NCBI GenBank assembly: GCA_008632985.1
Contig: QPGO01000317.1
Span: forward strand, 1 to 58,484
From: Psammoneis japonica
Taxonomy: Eukaryota
Direction: 5' to 3'
Length of the DNA: 58,484 nt
Under the pieces are notes generated by a model that saw nothing but the letters and a program-made list of their open reading frames with translations, had not been told where the DNA came from and ran no database searches. Both the position numbers and the translations under genes were made by a program. Shown one piece after another: positions 38,060-51,249 of this stretch (position 1 is the first letter of the stretch; every line of letters starts with the position of its first letter).

Positions 38060-38345
38060 TGCAAAGCTTTACTAGGGTACTATACTCTCCAGAAGGAGTT
38101 AGTAGTGGGGCCCTAGGCTACTAGGTCTAACCCCCTGTAGTCTACTCTCTCGCTCTCGTACCGAGGAAGGTGTTTTCTAGTCTCTACAGTGTGAAACCAG
38201 TGGCCCTCCCTATAGCTAGGCCCTACATGTTTATGTAGGACCCTCTCTACTCTAGACTCTAAAAGTAGTAGCTACCGTACTACTCTAGCTAGTACTCTAC
38301 TCTCCAGTAGCTACTTCTACAGCTAGAGCTAAGAGCATTTAGAAG
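38060..38345. promoter_or_regulatory. TpA-rich (CTAG/TAGTA/TACT) intergenic tract upstream of the AP-3 mu gene
   Basis: About 20 TA in 38221-38340 by hand count. A regulatory role is inferred from position only. Confidence 0.4.
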
Positions 38346-38624
38346 TTACGTACCGGCATTACAGTACTTTTTAGCTTTGCCTCCAGAAGACGTACGACGC
38401 ACGCACTCAAGCCAAGAACCGGCCCGTCCGTCCATCGGTGCGACTGCACAAGGCAGGTGAAAAAACAAAAAACCACGAACCACGGGCTAAAACCGCAAAA
38501 TGGCGGTGAGGCTGTGAGGCTGCCAACAACCACCGACCACATCAACTGGCTGAGATACTCATCGCCAATACCGTTTTGTACACAGGCTCGTCTGAATCCC
38601 CACCTATTTTCTGCTTCTGAAACA

Positions 38625-40119
38625 ATGATTCAGTCTCTGTTCATTCTTTCCCCCACCGGAGAGGTACTGATTGAGCGACACTTTCGCGGTGTGACTTCTC
38701 GTGCTGTTTGCGATTACTTTGGGAACAAGCATCTGTCTCGCTGAATCACCACGGTGGACTTTCGACTGCCAGCTCTGTTATTCCATTTGATGACAATGTG
38801 AATCTCACTGTTCCGCCCGTCATGGAAGTACCAGAAACCAACCACGGCACCCTGTACCTGTTTCATGTTTTGCGAGACGGCTTGTCTTATCTAGCCGTGT
38901 GCCCCGCTGAAGTCAGTCCGTTGCTGGTATTGGAATTTTTGCATCGAGTAGCAGACATATTTGTGGACTACTTTGGTTCTCCTGCAGATGAGAGTGCGAT
39001 CAAGGACAATTTCAGCACTGTTTATCAGCTGTTGGAAGAGATGGTCGACTACGGGTGGCCGCTAACTGTGGAGCCGAATGCTCTCAAGGCAATGATTCGA
39101 CCACCGACAGTAATGGGAAAGGTGTGTGTCAAAAGAAGTGTATTATACTGTGAGTGCTTCCTAACTAGAGAATTGTACCTCTTATCAGGCGCTCTATCTT
39201 TTCTCTACTCGTGCGCTAGATACAAAGTGTTGTGACCGGAGGCTCCAATGCTATTGTTTCAGACGCTTTACCCAGCGGAACTATATCCAACATGCCATGG
39301 CGTGCAGCTGGAGTCAAGTATTCTCAGAACGAAATCTATGTTGACATCAAGGAAGAAATCGATGCCATTGTCGATGTTGCCGGCAATGTAGTCAGCTCAG
39401 ATGTGTCGGGATCGATTCAGGTGCAGTCTCATCTTAGTGGAGTGCCGGATTTGCTCTTGACATTTAAGGATCCAGACGTCATTGATGATTGCTCCTTTCA
39501 CCCATGTGTGCGATATGGACGGTATGAAATGGACAGAGTTGTTTCTTTTGTACCTCCCGACGGCGACTTTGAGTTAATGAAATATCGTGTCCGAAACAGT
39601 GCCGCTCGTCTGTTTACGCCACCCATCCATTGCAAACCACAGTGGAGCTATGGGGACTCAACCGCAGCGTCCGGTGGTGGTGCTTCTTCTGTCAGTGGGC
39701 GTATTGTTCTTGATGTGGGCGTTCAATCCATCAGTTCGCTTATTTTCTCCGCTTCGCGCAAAGGACCGGTGGTGTTGGAGGACGTAGCTGTAATTATTCC
39801 TTTTCCTAAAGCTGTAAACACAACCAAGTTGAACGTGACAGTGGGACATGTGATCTATGATGAGGCGGCCAAGGTTGCCAAGTGGACAATTGGAAAGCTC
39901 GACACGTTAAAGAAACCTCGTCTGGACGGTACAATGGTATTGGACGGCCCGAAACGACCAGAAGAGAACCAGAACCTTACGCTGAAATGGAAGATTCCCC
40001 TTGCATCTGTAAGTGGGTTGAGTGTAAGCGGCCTGAGCATGTCGGGGGAGAGTTATCGACCTTACAAAGGAGTGAGAAACATTGCCGAGAGTGGACGCTA
40101 TCAAATACGATGCAACTAA
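38625..40119 (+). CDS. AP3M: AP-3 complex subunit mu; intron 39122-39219; apparent 1-nt deletion at about 38720
   Basis: MIQSLFIL..GEVLIERHFR, PLLVLEFLHRV, IKDNFSTVYQLLEEMVDYGWPL, MPWR..GVKYSQNE, DDCSFHPCVR, SFVPPDG and YKGVR. Confidence 0.9.
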
Positions 40120-40362
40120 TAGCAAACAATGTTCCCCAAGCTGCATCTACCTTGAAATAAGATTCTTTGTCATTATTTTCACTCAGATTCTTTAGAAAGT
40201 GCAGCTGTAGGGCCCTAATAGCTTTCCCCTCAAGGATACTGTGGTTTCGAAATTGGAAAGGATATCGCAGGCATAAGCGAGCGCAGCAAGATGATCAGCA
40301 ACCAATGTCTGTCTGTCGCCAGTTTTCGGGAGCAAAAGAAGAAACCGGCTCAAAGCAATACC

Positions 40363-41609
40363 ATGGCGGTGATTGAACGCGTCAGAGCCAGATCCTTGGA
40401 GTTGGCATCACATTCTGTACTGATCCGGTTGCTTGCATCATATCGAAGATTTTTATTGTCGGGTCTCGTGTTTCTAGCCATATTGACCCAATTTTTGCTC
40501 TCGCCAAATTTAGCACGAGAGAGTGCGAAACAAACGAATGCAGCAATTGCCACACTTGTTGGAGGACGAAAGCGGGACATGGACGACTTGTGTATAGCTT
40601 TGGAATCCTTAGAAAATCTACCAGATTTTGCTAGAAAGCAGAAAACAACAAGAAAACATGCCACCATGTCGTCCGCATCTCCTGCACCGGTGTTGGTATT
40701 TCATGAACCCAACGATTTGAGCGAAGCAACGAAGGACCGATTGAGGAAATGTTCTTGCAGTTCTGACGGTCCATGCCGTCCTTTATTCTTCCCAACCGTC
40801 AATTTTACCTCTTATCCGGTCGGTTTCAATCCAGAAATAGAGACACCCAACTGGCAGAAACGGACCAAGGTACGTAAGCTGTGTTGTTCGTGTAGGGTAG
40901 ACTGCCGCTCCTCTCCCGGCTTTTAAATATCTGTCTCATCTCGCTTTTTCGACGCCACAAAAAGTGGGGATACCATCAAATGTGTAGGTTTTGGATTTCC
41001 AAGATTTGGACTCATGAGGCCATACAAGACTACGATACCATTCTGAGACTCGATTCCGACGCCTGCTACGCCAAAACCCTTCATGGATATTTGCCTCGCA
41101 ATCATCGATCCTTGCCAAGTCTTCCAACGGATGATGCCGTTTATTGGTCATTTCTCAACCTGAATAGATTAGAACGCTCACAAATCGACGGATTATGGAA
41201 CATCACGCAACAATATATCAAGAAGGAAAGCATTGTACCTGCAAACAAGCGCTTGTGGCGTGTGTTGCAGCGACTAGCCGATGATTCCACAATACCAACC
41301 TTTAAAAATCACTTTGAAGTGAGTCGAGTGTCCTTTATGAAGCGGCCTGATGTGCAGAAATGGCATGAGAGAGTGACGGAAGCGGAACCCTTTGGTGTAT
41401 TTCGAGAACGATGGGGCGACGCTCCACTAAGATTCATCACGATGGCACTTTTTGCGCCCGACAATGCCGTCGTGTATGGTAAACCATATGGGTATGAACA
41501 CAAGTGTCGCAGAGCTGGCTATCGCAGCAATGATTCTCCCTTGAAGGCAAAGTGGTTGCGATTCAGGGAAGACTTGACACATCATTTTTCTCGCTTGTGG
41601 AATTGGTAG
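40363..41609 (+). CDS. Glycosyltransferase family 15 (KRE2/KTR-like alpha-1,2-mannosyltransferase), type II membrane protein; intron 40870-40964
   Basis: N-terminal TM helix, VLVFHE, GYHQMCRFW, LRLDSD, NHFEV and ERWGDAP. Confidence 0.85.
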
Positions 41610-41979
41610 GGACCCACAGCAGTACAAGCGGTGAATTCGTGGTGGTCTCAGGTAGTTTCCAAAGCGTGGGTGCCTCAGAATTCTAGTACTGTACTGTTTT
41701 CGAAACCAGGTCAACACCCGGTGGAGATGGGGCCATCGTTGATGAAGCTGGCCGCCCTTGTAATTTGGTCGAGATGGTCGATTTAGTCGGCGAAGTCGAG
41801 TCTTGGATGTTGTGTCACGCATTATGATGTCAATGTGACACCCGATTTCTTCTGAGAGAAGGTCATGTCGTCGCAATTCTGTCGCAATTGCATCATTATT
41901 GGAACTTGAGCCCTCGAAGTGATGGTGGGGTTCTCATCTCCCAATTTCACAAAAAAATCTATCAACTGCACTTGTAACA

Positions 41980-42693
41980 ATGGAGACGACCAAACCCGAG
42001 ACAACAGCGGCGGATGGAGCCGACGAAGCTCCTCACGTAGATGCGACAAATCTCATCGAAAAGGCCGAAGACGCGCTTAGCGCTTGGAAGAAAGTTGTCA
42101 ACGAGGAGAAAGAAAAGGCTGAAGATTTGCGTTACTATGCGGAAGAGCTGTGGCTTGAGGATAAGAAGGTTTGGGCATCCGGAAAGCGCAAGGTTCTCAG
42201 CAAGGAGTGGACTGTCGAACATTTCAACCAGGAGGTGAACGCCCTGAAGAAAAAGCAAGTACCAGTGTGGGACGAGCTTGAGAAAAGGGCTGACGCGATC
42301 ACCTCGGCTCTCAACCAACCTTGGAAAGACGTCGAGGAGGCACATGAAGTCATCAAGGATGCCCTTCGTCCCAAGGAAGAAAAGCGCCTACTTCCTGTGG
42401 TGAAGAATCCTTTTGGTGGGAAGGACACGTCGGAACAAGGCAAGCTCCGTCACCACTACCAGATGAAGTTGCGTGAGCAATTCAAGGAGGCTGAGGATGC
42501 TCACCAAAACCTTTGTGGCTACCCCGAAGGCATGTTGGCAAAACCTCGATTGTTCAGAAAGAACGCGGCTGACGAAGGGCGCCACATCATCGAGCTAGTC
42601 CACAAGGATGAGTATTGGCTTAGCCATGATAAGGAGGCAGGCCATGGAGGAGAAGCTGTCGAGGAAGGCCAAATGGAGCAAGTTGAGCAGTAG
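41980..42693 (+). CDS. Hypothetical charged/helical protein, 237 aa
   Basis: Intact ATG-TAG ORF with coding-like composition. No family recognised. Confidence 0.7.
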   Translation: METTKPETTAADGADEAPHVDATNLIEKAEDALSAWKKVVNEEKEKAEDLRYYAEELWLEDKKVWASGKRKVLSKEWTVEHFNQEVNALKKKQVPVWDELEKRADAITSALNQPWKDVEEAHEVIKDALRPKEEKRLLPVVKNPFGGKDTSEQGKLRHHYQMKLREQFKEAEDAHQNLCGYPEGMLAKPRLFRKNAADEGRHIIELVHKDEYWLSHDKEAGHGGEAVEEGQMEQVEQ

Positions 42694-43167
42694 TGTCAGT
42701 GTCGTATGCGGTTGCTTATAGCTCCTTGTTTCTGTTTCCAGACCTCGTAGGTTGACAGGTGAGCGTTTATAATTGTCTTTTTATTTTAAGAGTAGCTGTC
42801 GATGATACATGAAATACAATACAAAGAACGTAACAAATTCTATGGAGTAAGCTTGAATCCATGGCGAACCGATGCCTCTATCTACAGTATTCATGGTCGC
42901 AATGAACCCCTCCTTGTCTGTTTCACATCCTAGAGGGCCTGTGCATGGTAACTGCGTTTTTCTTTGCAAATCATATCACCCCCACAGAAGCTACAGCTCA
43001 TGCCGAGGCCTCTGACAATCTATATGAAACTCCTTCGTCAATTGATGATACAGATCCCTTCATGGAAGTATTCCATTTCATTTCTGAGCAGTGCTTGTGA
43101 AGAAGACGACAGTTGCATTGTCGAGACGTCCCTCGACTTCACTGTACACAACGGTTATTCAGAGCGG

Positions 43168-44136
43168 TCAATAGTAGACGCGACGGCTGTCGCCGCCCAG
43201 CAAGCGAGTCTGCGGAGGTCCTTCATGCGATGGAGTACCAAACACTTGTACATAGTAATGGGATTCTCCTGAGACAGCATAGCCAACTCCCATATCGGTG
43301 AACTGACCACTCAAGAGTGAGGAGTTAGGCTTCTCAAGCCACCCTTTTACTGCACTGTACGGGTCATTGAAGGGTTCACTCTGGAAAAAGCCTGCCGCAA
43401 AGAAACTGTATTGATATTTCTCTGGGCGACGAATGTCATCAATGGATGAAAAGGAACCCCGGCGAGCAGCGTTTTCCGCATGCTGTTGTGCCACGGCGTT
43501 GAGCTCGGCTGACGAGCTCAGATAATGCAAGTTTGAGTTCCTTCGCGCTTGATTCGTCAAAAGATACAGAATTTCTCGAGTGTCACCCTCACCCTGCACT
43601 GCTGGGGTGCCAATCGGTTTGCCAAAGACCTGAACGTAGTAGTGGGTGTCACCTACCGGACAATATCCGTAACCGACCTCAGTAAAGTCTGGGTTGAGAA
43701 GATTCTCTCGATGGCCTTTCGACGTCATCCATCCATCCACGGCGGCTACTGGACTGTTGCTCGGTTGCTGCATGAAAAGATTTTCGCCAATGGATCTATA
43801 ACGGTAGCTTGTCGTTTTGACTCGATCACCCAGAGTTGATCCTGTGTAGCCGGTATGAGAGAAATACCCGTTTCGTGCCATACACACCGCATGCTGCTGT
43901 GCTGCCTTGGAAAGTTCGCTGTCGTATCGAAGCTGGCTTAACCCATACTGGCTTCTTTTTTCATTCGTATAGTGCCATAGAAGCTCAACCGTGGCGTCAT
44001 ATACATCCACGGGGGCTTGTCCCGTAAAAGCCGGTTGTTGATTGCGACTCCAGGAGGAGGGTAGTGACGACGACCAAGCTTGGGCAGAACTGACAAAGGA
44101 AGCTGAGAGAAGCACCCCCAGCAGACGAGCAAGCAT
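43168..44136 (-). CDS. Secreted protein with two CAP/SCP (YkwD-like) domains
   Basis: Signal-peptide-like MLARLLGVLLSASFVSSAQA. Motifs TNEKR..GL..L, AAQQHA..MA..GYFSH, GENL, WMTSKGHRENLL and YYVQVFG (twice). Confidence 0.88.
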   Translation of the reverse strand: MLARLLGVLLSASFVSSAQAWSSSLPSSWSRNQQPAFTGQAPVDVYDATVELLWHYTNEKRSQYGLSQLRYDSELSKAAQQHAVCMARNGYFSHTGYTGSTLGDRVKTTSYRYRSIGENLFMQQPSNSPVAAVDGWMTSKGHRENLLNPDFTEVGYGYCPVGDTHYYVQVFGKPIGTPAVQGEGDTREILYLLTNQARRNSNLHYLSSSAELNAVAQQHAENAARRGSFSSIDDIRRPEKYQYSFFAAGFFQSEPFNDPYSAVKGWLEKPNSSLLSGQFTDMGVGYAVSGESHYYVQVFGTPSHEGPPQTRLLGGDSRRVYY

Positions 44137-44887
44137 TGTAGAGTTTGTTAAAGAAAAAGAACACACCAGACTTGACGCAAAGATCGAGTGAAGAGTCCAC
44201 TTCCGACAAACGCCAGCAATAACCAGCAACAACCTCAACCGTCGCAGAGCGCAGAGTCAGTCGCACACGAGTGTTCCGCCTTCCGCCGTGTTCTGTTCGA
44301 TGTTGGTGTGCGTGCGAACGCGCGGCTTACCCCATACTGTACAAAAGAAAATCCAAAATTGGTTCCTCCTCTTTTAGGTGGAACTCTCTACCGGTAGATC
44401 GAAGTCTGAAACCGAAAGATTTTGGATTGCCGCCCTCGCTGCTGTCAGAAAATAGAGCCATGACGATTGCCTGCACCAATCATTTTGCTGCATTTTGCGC
44501 CGGGCGTTCGAATCAATTGCAACACACAACGGTTGTTTCGGTGCGCACTTTTGCGTGACCCACGCGACATGACCACCCCAACATGTGTCAGTGCATGGTG
44601 CTGGTTGTTTTGCTTCTGACCGTTCTGTCTTCTGTGAGGTTTCATGAGGCTGTCTGTGCGTGTTGATGTTGTCTAGTTGTGCATGTTGATGTTGTCTAAG
44701 GCAAGCTGCGTTGGATTGAGTGAGTGTGGAAATGTGCGAAATTTGCGCATTGTTGCAGCTTCTTTGCCAAACAGTTGGTCCCTGTTTGTGGCCGTGCTCA
44801 ATCCGCGGCGGCTTGAGTGAAAGTCCATGTGCGCGCATTTTGCGCATTGATGCAGTTGTCTTTGCCAAATGGTTGTTTGCAATTTGC

Positions 44888-45289
44888 TCAACTCCATTCT
44901 TTCTGGCCGTGCTTCTTCTGAAGGGACTTTGCTTGCTCCTTCTCCTGCTCCGCCATCTCCTCCTCGGTGAAAAATCTCCCCGACCGCTGTGGAATCGCCG
45001 CTGCACATGCTGCTTTTGGCTCCTCCATGGTTGAGCCATCCTTGGGCGCGACCGTTGTTTCCACATGATGACTGTCCGCTGTCGTGTTGTCTTGCACAAG
45101 TGCAGAAGTGACATCAAAATTTCCCAAAGCAAGGTCAAACGCCACTCTTGCTTCTTCCAAGGTGATCTCCTCTTTGTCTTCCTTGTTCGTCAATGACTGA
45201 AGAAGTTCCGCACGTGTCTGCACCTTTTTCTTGTCCTCGCCAGTTTTCTTTGGCTCGTCTGCCTTCTTTGCATGTTGTTGCAAATCCAT
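44888..45289 (-). CDS. Small charged ORF downstream of the helicase, with a UBA-like segment
   Basis: ITLEEARVAFDLALGNFDVTSALV weakly resembles a UBA-like fold. Tyr-free. Confidence 0.3.
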   Translation of the reverse strand: MDLQQHAKKADEPKKTGEDKKKVQTRAELLQSLTNKEDKEEITLEEARVAFDLALGNFDVTSALVQDNTTADSHHVETTVAPKDGSTMEEPKAACAAAIPQRSGRFFTEEEMAEQEKEQAKSLQKKHGQKEWS

Positions 45290-45504
45290 GTTTTCTCCAT
45301 TGCTGCGTTTTCTGTGACGGTTGCATTCGCGTTTCTTGGTTTGTTGGCCAAAATCCATTCGACGTTGTGTGATGTGTGTGCAGATTTCTGCGCCATGTGC
45401 TGATCCAATCAAAATGTTTCATTTTACAAAATTTCCGCATTTTTGCGGTTGGGGTCGCTGGACAGTTGTGCAGTGGTTGAGCATCCCAATCCAATGTTTG
45501 CGTG

Positions 45505-48500
45505 CTACGTTGACATTTCTGCGCACTGTTGCTGAGAAAAACACGTGGCGCTTCTCTCCTTCATGAGTCTTGTCAAGGCTTTGCAGCCTTCTGGGACCTT
45601 GCATTTTCGCAGGTCCTTGCTCAGTGGCTTTCGCATGAACAGCCCTTCTCTGGTCTTTACTCTGGAGAGCACAACACACACCCAATTCTGAGTGTAGCTC
45701 CAAGAGTGCACAAACAACTGCGGGACTCCACTCCCTTGCAGTTTGTGCCCTGCAGTGGCATTGTTGATGACAAATGGCAGCTGGGTTGCCTTCAGTTGGA
45801 AAGTGTGCCTTTGTTCATCGCCTTCTTCTAAAATTAGGCTGGGCTTGGCGATGCAAGCCCTGAAAGCATTTGTTTTTGGCTCAACTAAAAACTTCGCGGG
45901 GTCGATGCTTTTGTTGCAGTGTTCCAATGCAACGTGGTCTACCTGACTGGCAAGTGCAGCAGGAATGCTGATGTTGTTGTCTAAAGTTGCCAGTCTTGGT
46001 TCCTGTCCTGGTTTGAGAACGACCTTGTCAACAGTGGCTTGCGTTCCGTTTGCTTGACCGTTTGCTGCATTTTCGTTGAAAGGTGTCATGACTCTGCATC
46101 TTCTGTAAATTCGTAAGACTGGATCCATTCTTCCAGATTGCATGATGACGTCTCCTTCACCACAGTTGTTCCAGAAGCTGTTGCAAACCGGAAATGGTTG
46201 GTAGAGTCTCGTGCCATTCTGCACCTGCAAGTCATCACTGAAAATCAACATTGAGTCAAGGACGTCTCCATCTCTTCTGTGCAGTGTTTCTGCTCTTTTT
46301 TTGAACAGGCCAGTGTCAATTGCATCTCTGTCCTCATTTGCGCACGCAGCACAGCGGAGGTCACTGGGCAGATCATCTTCATTCTGAACTGCTCGTTCGT
46401 TGATGTGCTCCATGTCGTCAACTGCAATCTCACCAGTGCGGAATCTCTCAAGCAGTTTTCCCCATGATGGATCGTCTTTAAACCTGTGTACACCACGAAG
46501 TTCTGTGCAGCAGTTGATCCACTCGTGAAACTCGGGACATGCATCTTTGTGCAGTGGTTTCACTCCTTTTCCGACTGGTTCTAGTTGCCTGAGGTCACCT
46601 GCGAAAACAATGTTCACACCACCGTGCGGCTTGCTTGATTCGCTCTTCAATGCTGTCAAATTCTCATGGAGTTTTTCCAGTTCTCTCTTGCTTGCAAAAG
46701 AAATCTCGTCTGCCACCAAAAGTCTTGTGTCTGACCATGCTTCAATTTGCTCTTCAGTTGTTTGCTTTCTTCTCATGAGGCATGCAACTCGGTGGATTGT
46801 GTCCCCTTTGAGAACAGTCGCATCCACTCCAGTCAGTGCAGTTGTTCTGATTGTGCTTGTTGTGAACGGCTGCTCAATGAGCGAGCAGCACTCTCTTCCG
46901 CATTCCACGACGAGGTCTGTTGTGGTTGATTTGCCACTTCCACCTGCACCATGTAGAAAACACACAAGTTGCAACGTTCCACGTCTTTGCACTTCCACGA
47001 GTTTCTTCAATCGGCGAAGGTTTGTTGCGAATTCGTGTCTGCCATTTCTCCCATTGAGTCCATTGCATGACGTCTCGTCTTGAAGAGCGTCTTGGCAGCA
47101 AGTGAGCACAAAGGTTCCTGCTAGAATTTCAAAGGCACGCTGCTGTTGCCTGTCCAGTCTTGCTTTCCCAGCCCAGTCTACGATGCTCACTGCAGATCCG
47201 TTTGCTTGACGTACATCGACGTGTTCTTCCAAACCTGTCACATCCTCAAACGACCTTCTTGTTCTTTGCGCTCTAGTCAGTGTCACTCGAACAATGTCGT
47301 CTCTTGACAGTGGTCTGCTGTGGATGTGTTGTTGCACTCCTTCATTCTGGTCTTCCTCGTCGGTGTCATCGCCGCCCTCTAGATTCTCAAAAAGTTGTCG
47401 TTCATTGACCTGGCTTTCCTCGTTTGGTGGGTCAGTGTGCATGTCTGCCAAGCATTTGCAACCACCCATGTGTGAACCTTTCTGTCTTGCACGTTTGCCG
47501 CTCAAATGCACAGGAACAACTGCTTGGTCGCTCAACCCAATGTCATCATCTTCTGGCTGCTCTGCCATTTCTTCCAAGAGTGCATCCAGCAGTTGACCCT
47601 GAACGGCGCCTGAAAGACCTTCTTCCTCGTCACTTTCGCAACAGTCAAACGCAACGTCAGCAGGTCTGGGTTGCTCTGTCTTTCTTTGCAGATCGTCAGA
47701 TGCACTTTTGAGACGAAGGCAGTTGGACTTGGCATCCTGCAGGTTCTGCAAGAAGTTCAAGTTTTCCTCTGCAATGACACCGGCTGCTGCGGAGAGTTGG
47801 AATTCACGCAGGCATGCACGGGTCATTGGTTTGAGTTCCGTCATTGTTCTGCAAGGCGCAAACAAGGCCAATGCCAACTTGCAGTGCAATTCTTTGTCTG
47901 GGTGTTGTTGGTTGCTGCGGATCTACAAAGGCAACTGCCAAACTTGGCTGCATCAGGAAAATCACACTGAAGTGCTTTTAACAATCGCGGTTGCTGTCGC
48001 TGTCTGACACCTTGAAGAAACTTGTTCTTCGTTGAATTGTAAGACGGGTGCCTGTGCACTCTGTTGTCGAACATCATCATGCCATGTTCGTTTTTCCTTG
48101 TGTTGCGAAGAACTTCGCACTCACTGAAAAACGCAAACGGACTGAGATTCTCCAGTGCTGTTGGACGACATGGGCAGTGCAAGGCCTGGCATTGGAAGAA
48201 CGGTGCATCGCCAAAATGGGCTACAGTCGCAGACACTTCGTCTCTTTCTAGTGTGCTGACAATGTCTTTCAAGGGGCACCATGCGGTCAAATGAGATTCG
48301 ATGAAACGGCTTCCGTTCCTTGTTGTGTAAGATGCAAGTGGTGGTCCAATGACGTTCGTCTTGTTGTGCGAGCAAGCACCCCACATGAGATGTCTGATTG
48401 CTTCCGATGCATCAGATGTGTGTTTCCGCAATTCCGTCGCTGTCCTGTTCGTAGTTCGAAGCACTTCGTCGTACGATGCAGTGTCATCTTTCTGGGCATC

Positions 48501-51158
48501 TTTTAGGATGTGCTTGATCGTGTGTTGAGCAGACGGTCCAGGCATCAACAAAGCAATGTTTGTGTTGCATGTCAGTTTTGATCTGCTTGTTGCAGGGCAC
48601 GACACGTTTTGAAAAGCATCGCACTTTCTCCTCTTCGGAACAACTTCCTTCACGCACCGATGCGTGAAAGTTCCATCCCAGCTGAACCACTTTATCTGAG
48701 TGTCATTTGCGTTCCTTGCCAAATTATTTGGACATGAAGCAGCTGGTTGCCTGTGACGGCAGTCACCCAGTTTGAGCTCCTCTCGTTTCCTTTTCCTTGA
48801 CTGCGTGTCCAGTTCCTCGTGTGGGGTTTTTTTGCGCATTTTACGCAACTCCACGCATTTGGGAAAACACGACTTCGTAACGTGCATGTGATGGTTGTAA
48901 GCTGCGTCCGGCACATGTGCCTCCATTGTCCCTTGCGGACCACTTCGCTGGTGTTGTACACACATTGCTTTTAGTCGCTTTGCATGGTCATCTGGATGGC
49001 GAGTCAGGCCAGGCACATGGTGCCGTGACTGTAAAAAGCTTTCTACAAACTCAACGTTTGTCCAGTGCTTGGTGCAGTGATGACAATGAGCAAACATTCT
49101 GCTCTTCGACTGCTGGCCGTCTTCATGCCTCAGGTTTCTTAGCTGTTGGTCGTCTGCTGCTTTTGGAGAGGTGCGACACATTTTTGGCACTGCACAGTCA
49201 TGATCGAATGCTCCACGCAATGCGTCAGTGCTGAAGTCCTCGCTGCAGATTGGCTCCGTGCTGCAGATCTTCTGAACCATGTTGGCAAGGCACTCAGCAC
49301 CTTCGCGTCGGATCTGTCTCATTGGCGAATGCAGTTTCTCTCTTGCATTGTTGATCAATGTGAACCAGATCTGCATGTGTCCATGTGCTGTCAGACGTCC
49401 CTGCTCCTCAACTGCGGCTAAAAATGCGGCTGGCCTGCCAATGTAGAAGTTAAAGTTTTCTCTTGGTTGGTTGGCACTCAGATCCCAACCCACTGCCTCT
49501 TCCACTGCAATGTCAAACAAGCACTCGAATGCAAAGGCTGTTAGACTGGGAAACTTTAGACGTGGTTCATTACGTTGCTTGGCCCTGCCAGCAAGAATTT
49601 CGTCCATCAGTTGTGTCACGTCTTCGTTTGGGTCCAGGATGACACCCGAGCACAGTTGTGCAAGAAACGAATTTGCATCGTCCAGACTGACGGTTGAGAA
49701 AATGCCACCCTGACCAAAATGATGCTGACAAGTTTCGGCGTTTCTCCTCATTTTCTTTGCTGCTTCATTGCTGTGTGGCAGAGACGCAGACACAACGTCG
49801 AGTGCACGCAAAAAGTGGTGCCCGAGTCCACAATCTCTTCTCTCGCCCAAGTTGCGATCACAAACAGCTCTGTCCACATCGTCCACTGTCAGTTCATTTG
49901 CAAACTGTGCAGCCTGATTCTTGTCCCTGACTTTCCACCCTGCACTCTGTGGCATCCTTTGCTTCATTGTCAAGTTGCAGCATGTTAACACGAAGAGCTG
50001 CTCGTGGAAGTGAGGCTGGGAAATCCATGCCAAGTGGTCGGCACAGTGTGCAAGGTTGGTGCCATCTGCAAGACTTCCGTCTTTCTTCATTCTCGTCTCA
50101 TTGATTCCTCCTCTGCCAAAAGGAAACCGCAGCAGACACGCGTCAATGAAGTTGTTGCCTTTGAAATCACTCGCAGATTCTTTAGACAACTGTGCTTGCA
50201 CCTCTAAATCAAATCCGTTGGCAGTGGCTTCGTGTACAAGATCTTTGAAGCAGTCCAGGTTGTGCTGACCACCAGTCGCAGGAGACATGGTTCCATCAGG
50301 AAAGCAAACATGAAATGACTCTGAGGTCTCAATGTTCGCATTTTCTCCTTCTTCTTCGCTGGTGCCATCGACAAGCACGGGATTCCGCAGATTACGCCCA
50401 ACTTCGTCTAGATTTGTCTGTTGGCACACCCACTCTTGGTCATGGTGCAACAGCCATTCCATCGCCCTCAGCATGCAGTGCGTCCTAATTCTGTTCTTTG
50501 AACGCGCAAGTTGTCTTTGCTCCGGAGTCATCTTTCCAGTCATCAGCACAATCACATTCTGATGTAAATTCAGTGCGTCGAAGTGCACAACAGTTCTTAC
50601 GATGCTTTGTGTCTTGACTTTGCAGTGTGTCAGACTTCCCTGAAGCTTCTTCTGTTTGCCGCCAAGGTGGCTGAAGCAGTGTCCGCATGTTTTCACTGGT
50701 GTGAGCATTGCCAACTCTACTTCGGTTAGAGACAACAGTTTGTGCGGCGGGGCACCGAAACAGCAGTTGTTCGCCATCGCGCACATTGGCATGACGGCTC
50801 TTCCCAGGCTTCTTCGGCATTCGCTGCAGCAAGTGAATCCGTCGACGCGTCGTCTGACTTCCTGTGCTGCGCATTGGGCACAGGGAGAAAGCAGCAGGTC
50901 TTTGATCCAATCAGCATCTTCATGCTCTACAGTGCAGCAGGACTTGAGACGATCAGATGCGCTGTTCCAGTCTGAAGGGGTGAGCAAGTTTCTTGCTGAT
51001 TCCAATGTTTTGAGCGGCAAGCAGCAAACTTCTCTAGGTTTCAGCAGAACGTCACAGACCAAACATGCGTGTGGTCTAAATTCTCCGTCTCTGTGCAGAT
51101 GAAGCATCTCAAACTTTCTGTTGATTGCACTGCAAACACTGGAGTTGGCCTCGTCCAT
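45505..51158 (-). pseudogene. Helitron Rep/helicase (HUH Y2 endonuclease plus PIF1 helicase), frameshift at about 47885
   Basis: Rep motifs: MANNCCFG..P..L..LTEVE, FPFGRGG, EEQGRLTAHGHMQIW (HUH), HMH..SC, CNTNI and HTIKHILK (from YxxKY). Helicase motifs: GAGGSGKS, ALTG, DEISF, GGVNIVFAGDLRQL, HRF, HKLQG and VVLSRV. Confidence 0.92.
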
Positions 51159-51249
51159 TTTAATTTAAGCTGACACTTTGGCTCAAACAAATTTCAAGAA
51201 GCCACTCAGCAAAAACAGTTGTTTTTTCAGTGCGATCACCGTGAAGCTG

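Noticed and set aside
41427..41876. Minus-strand 149-aa ORF between genes
   Set aside because: It overlaps the GT15 gene antisense and has no recognisable motif.
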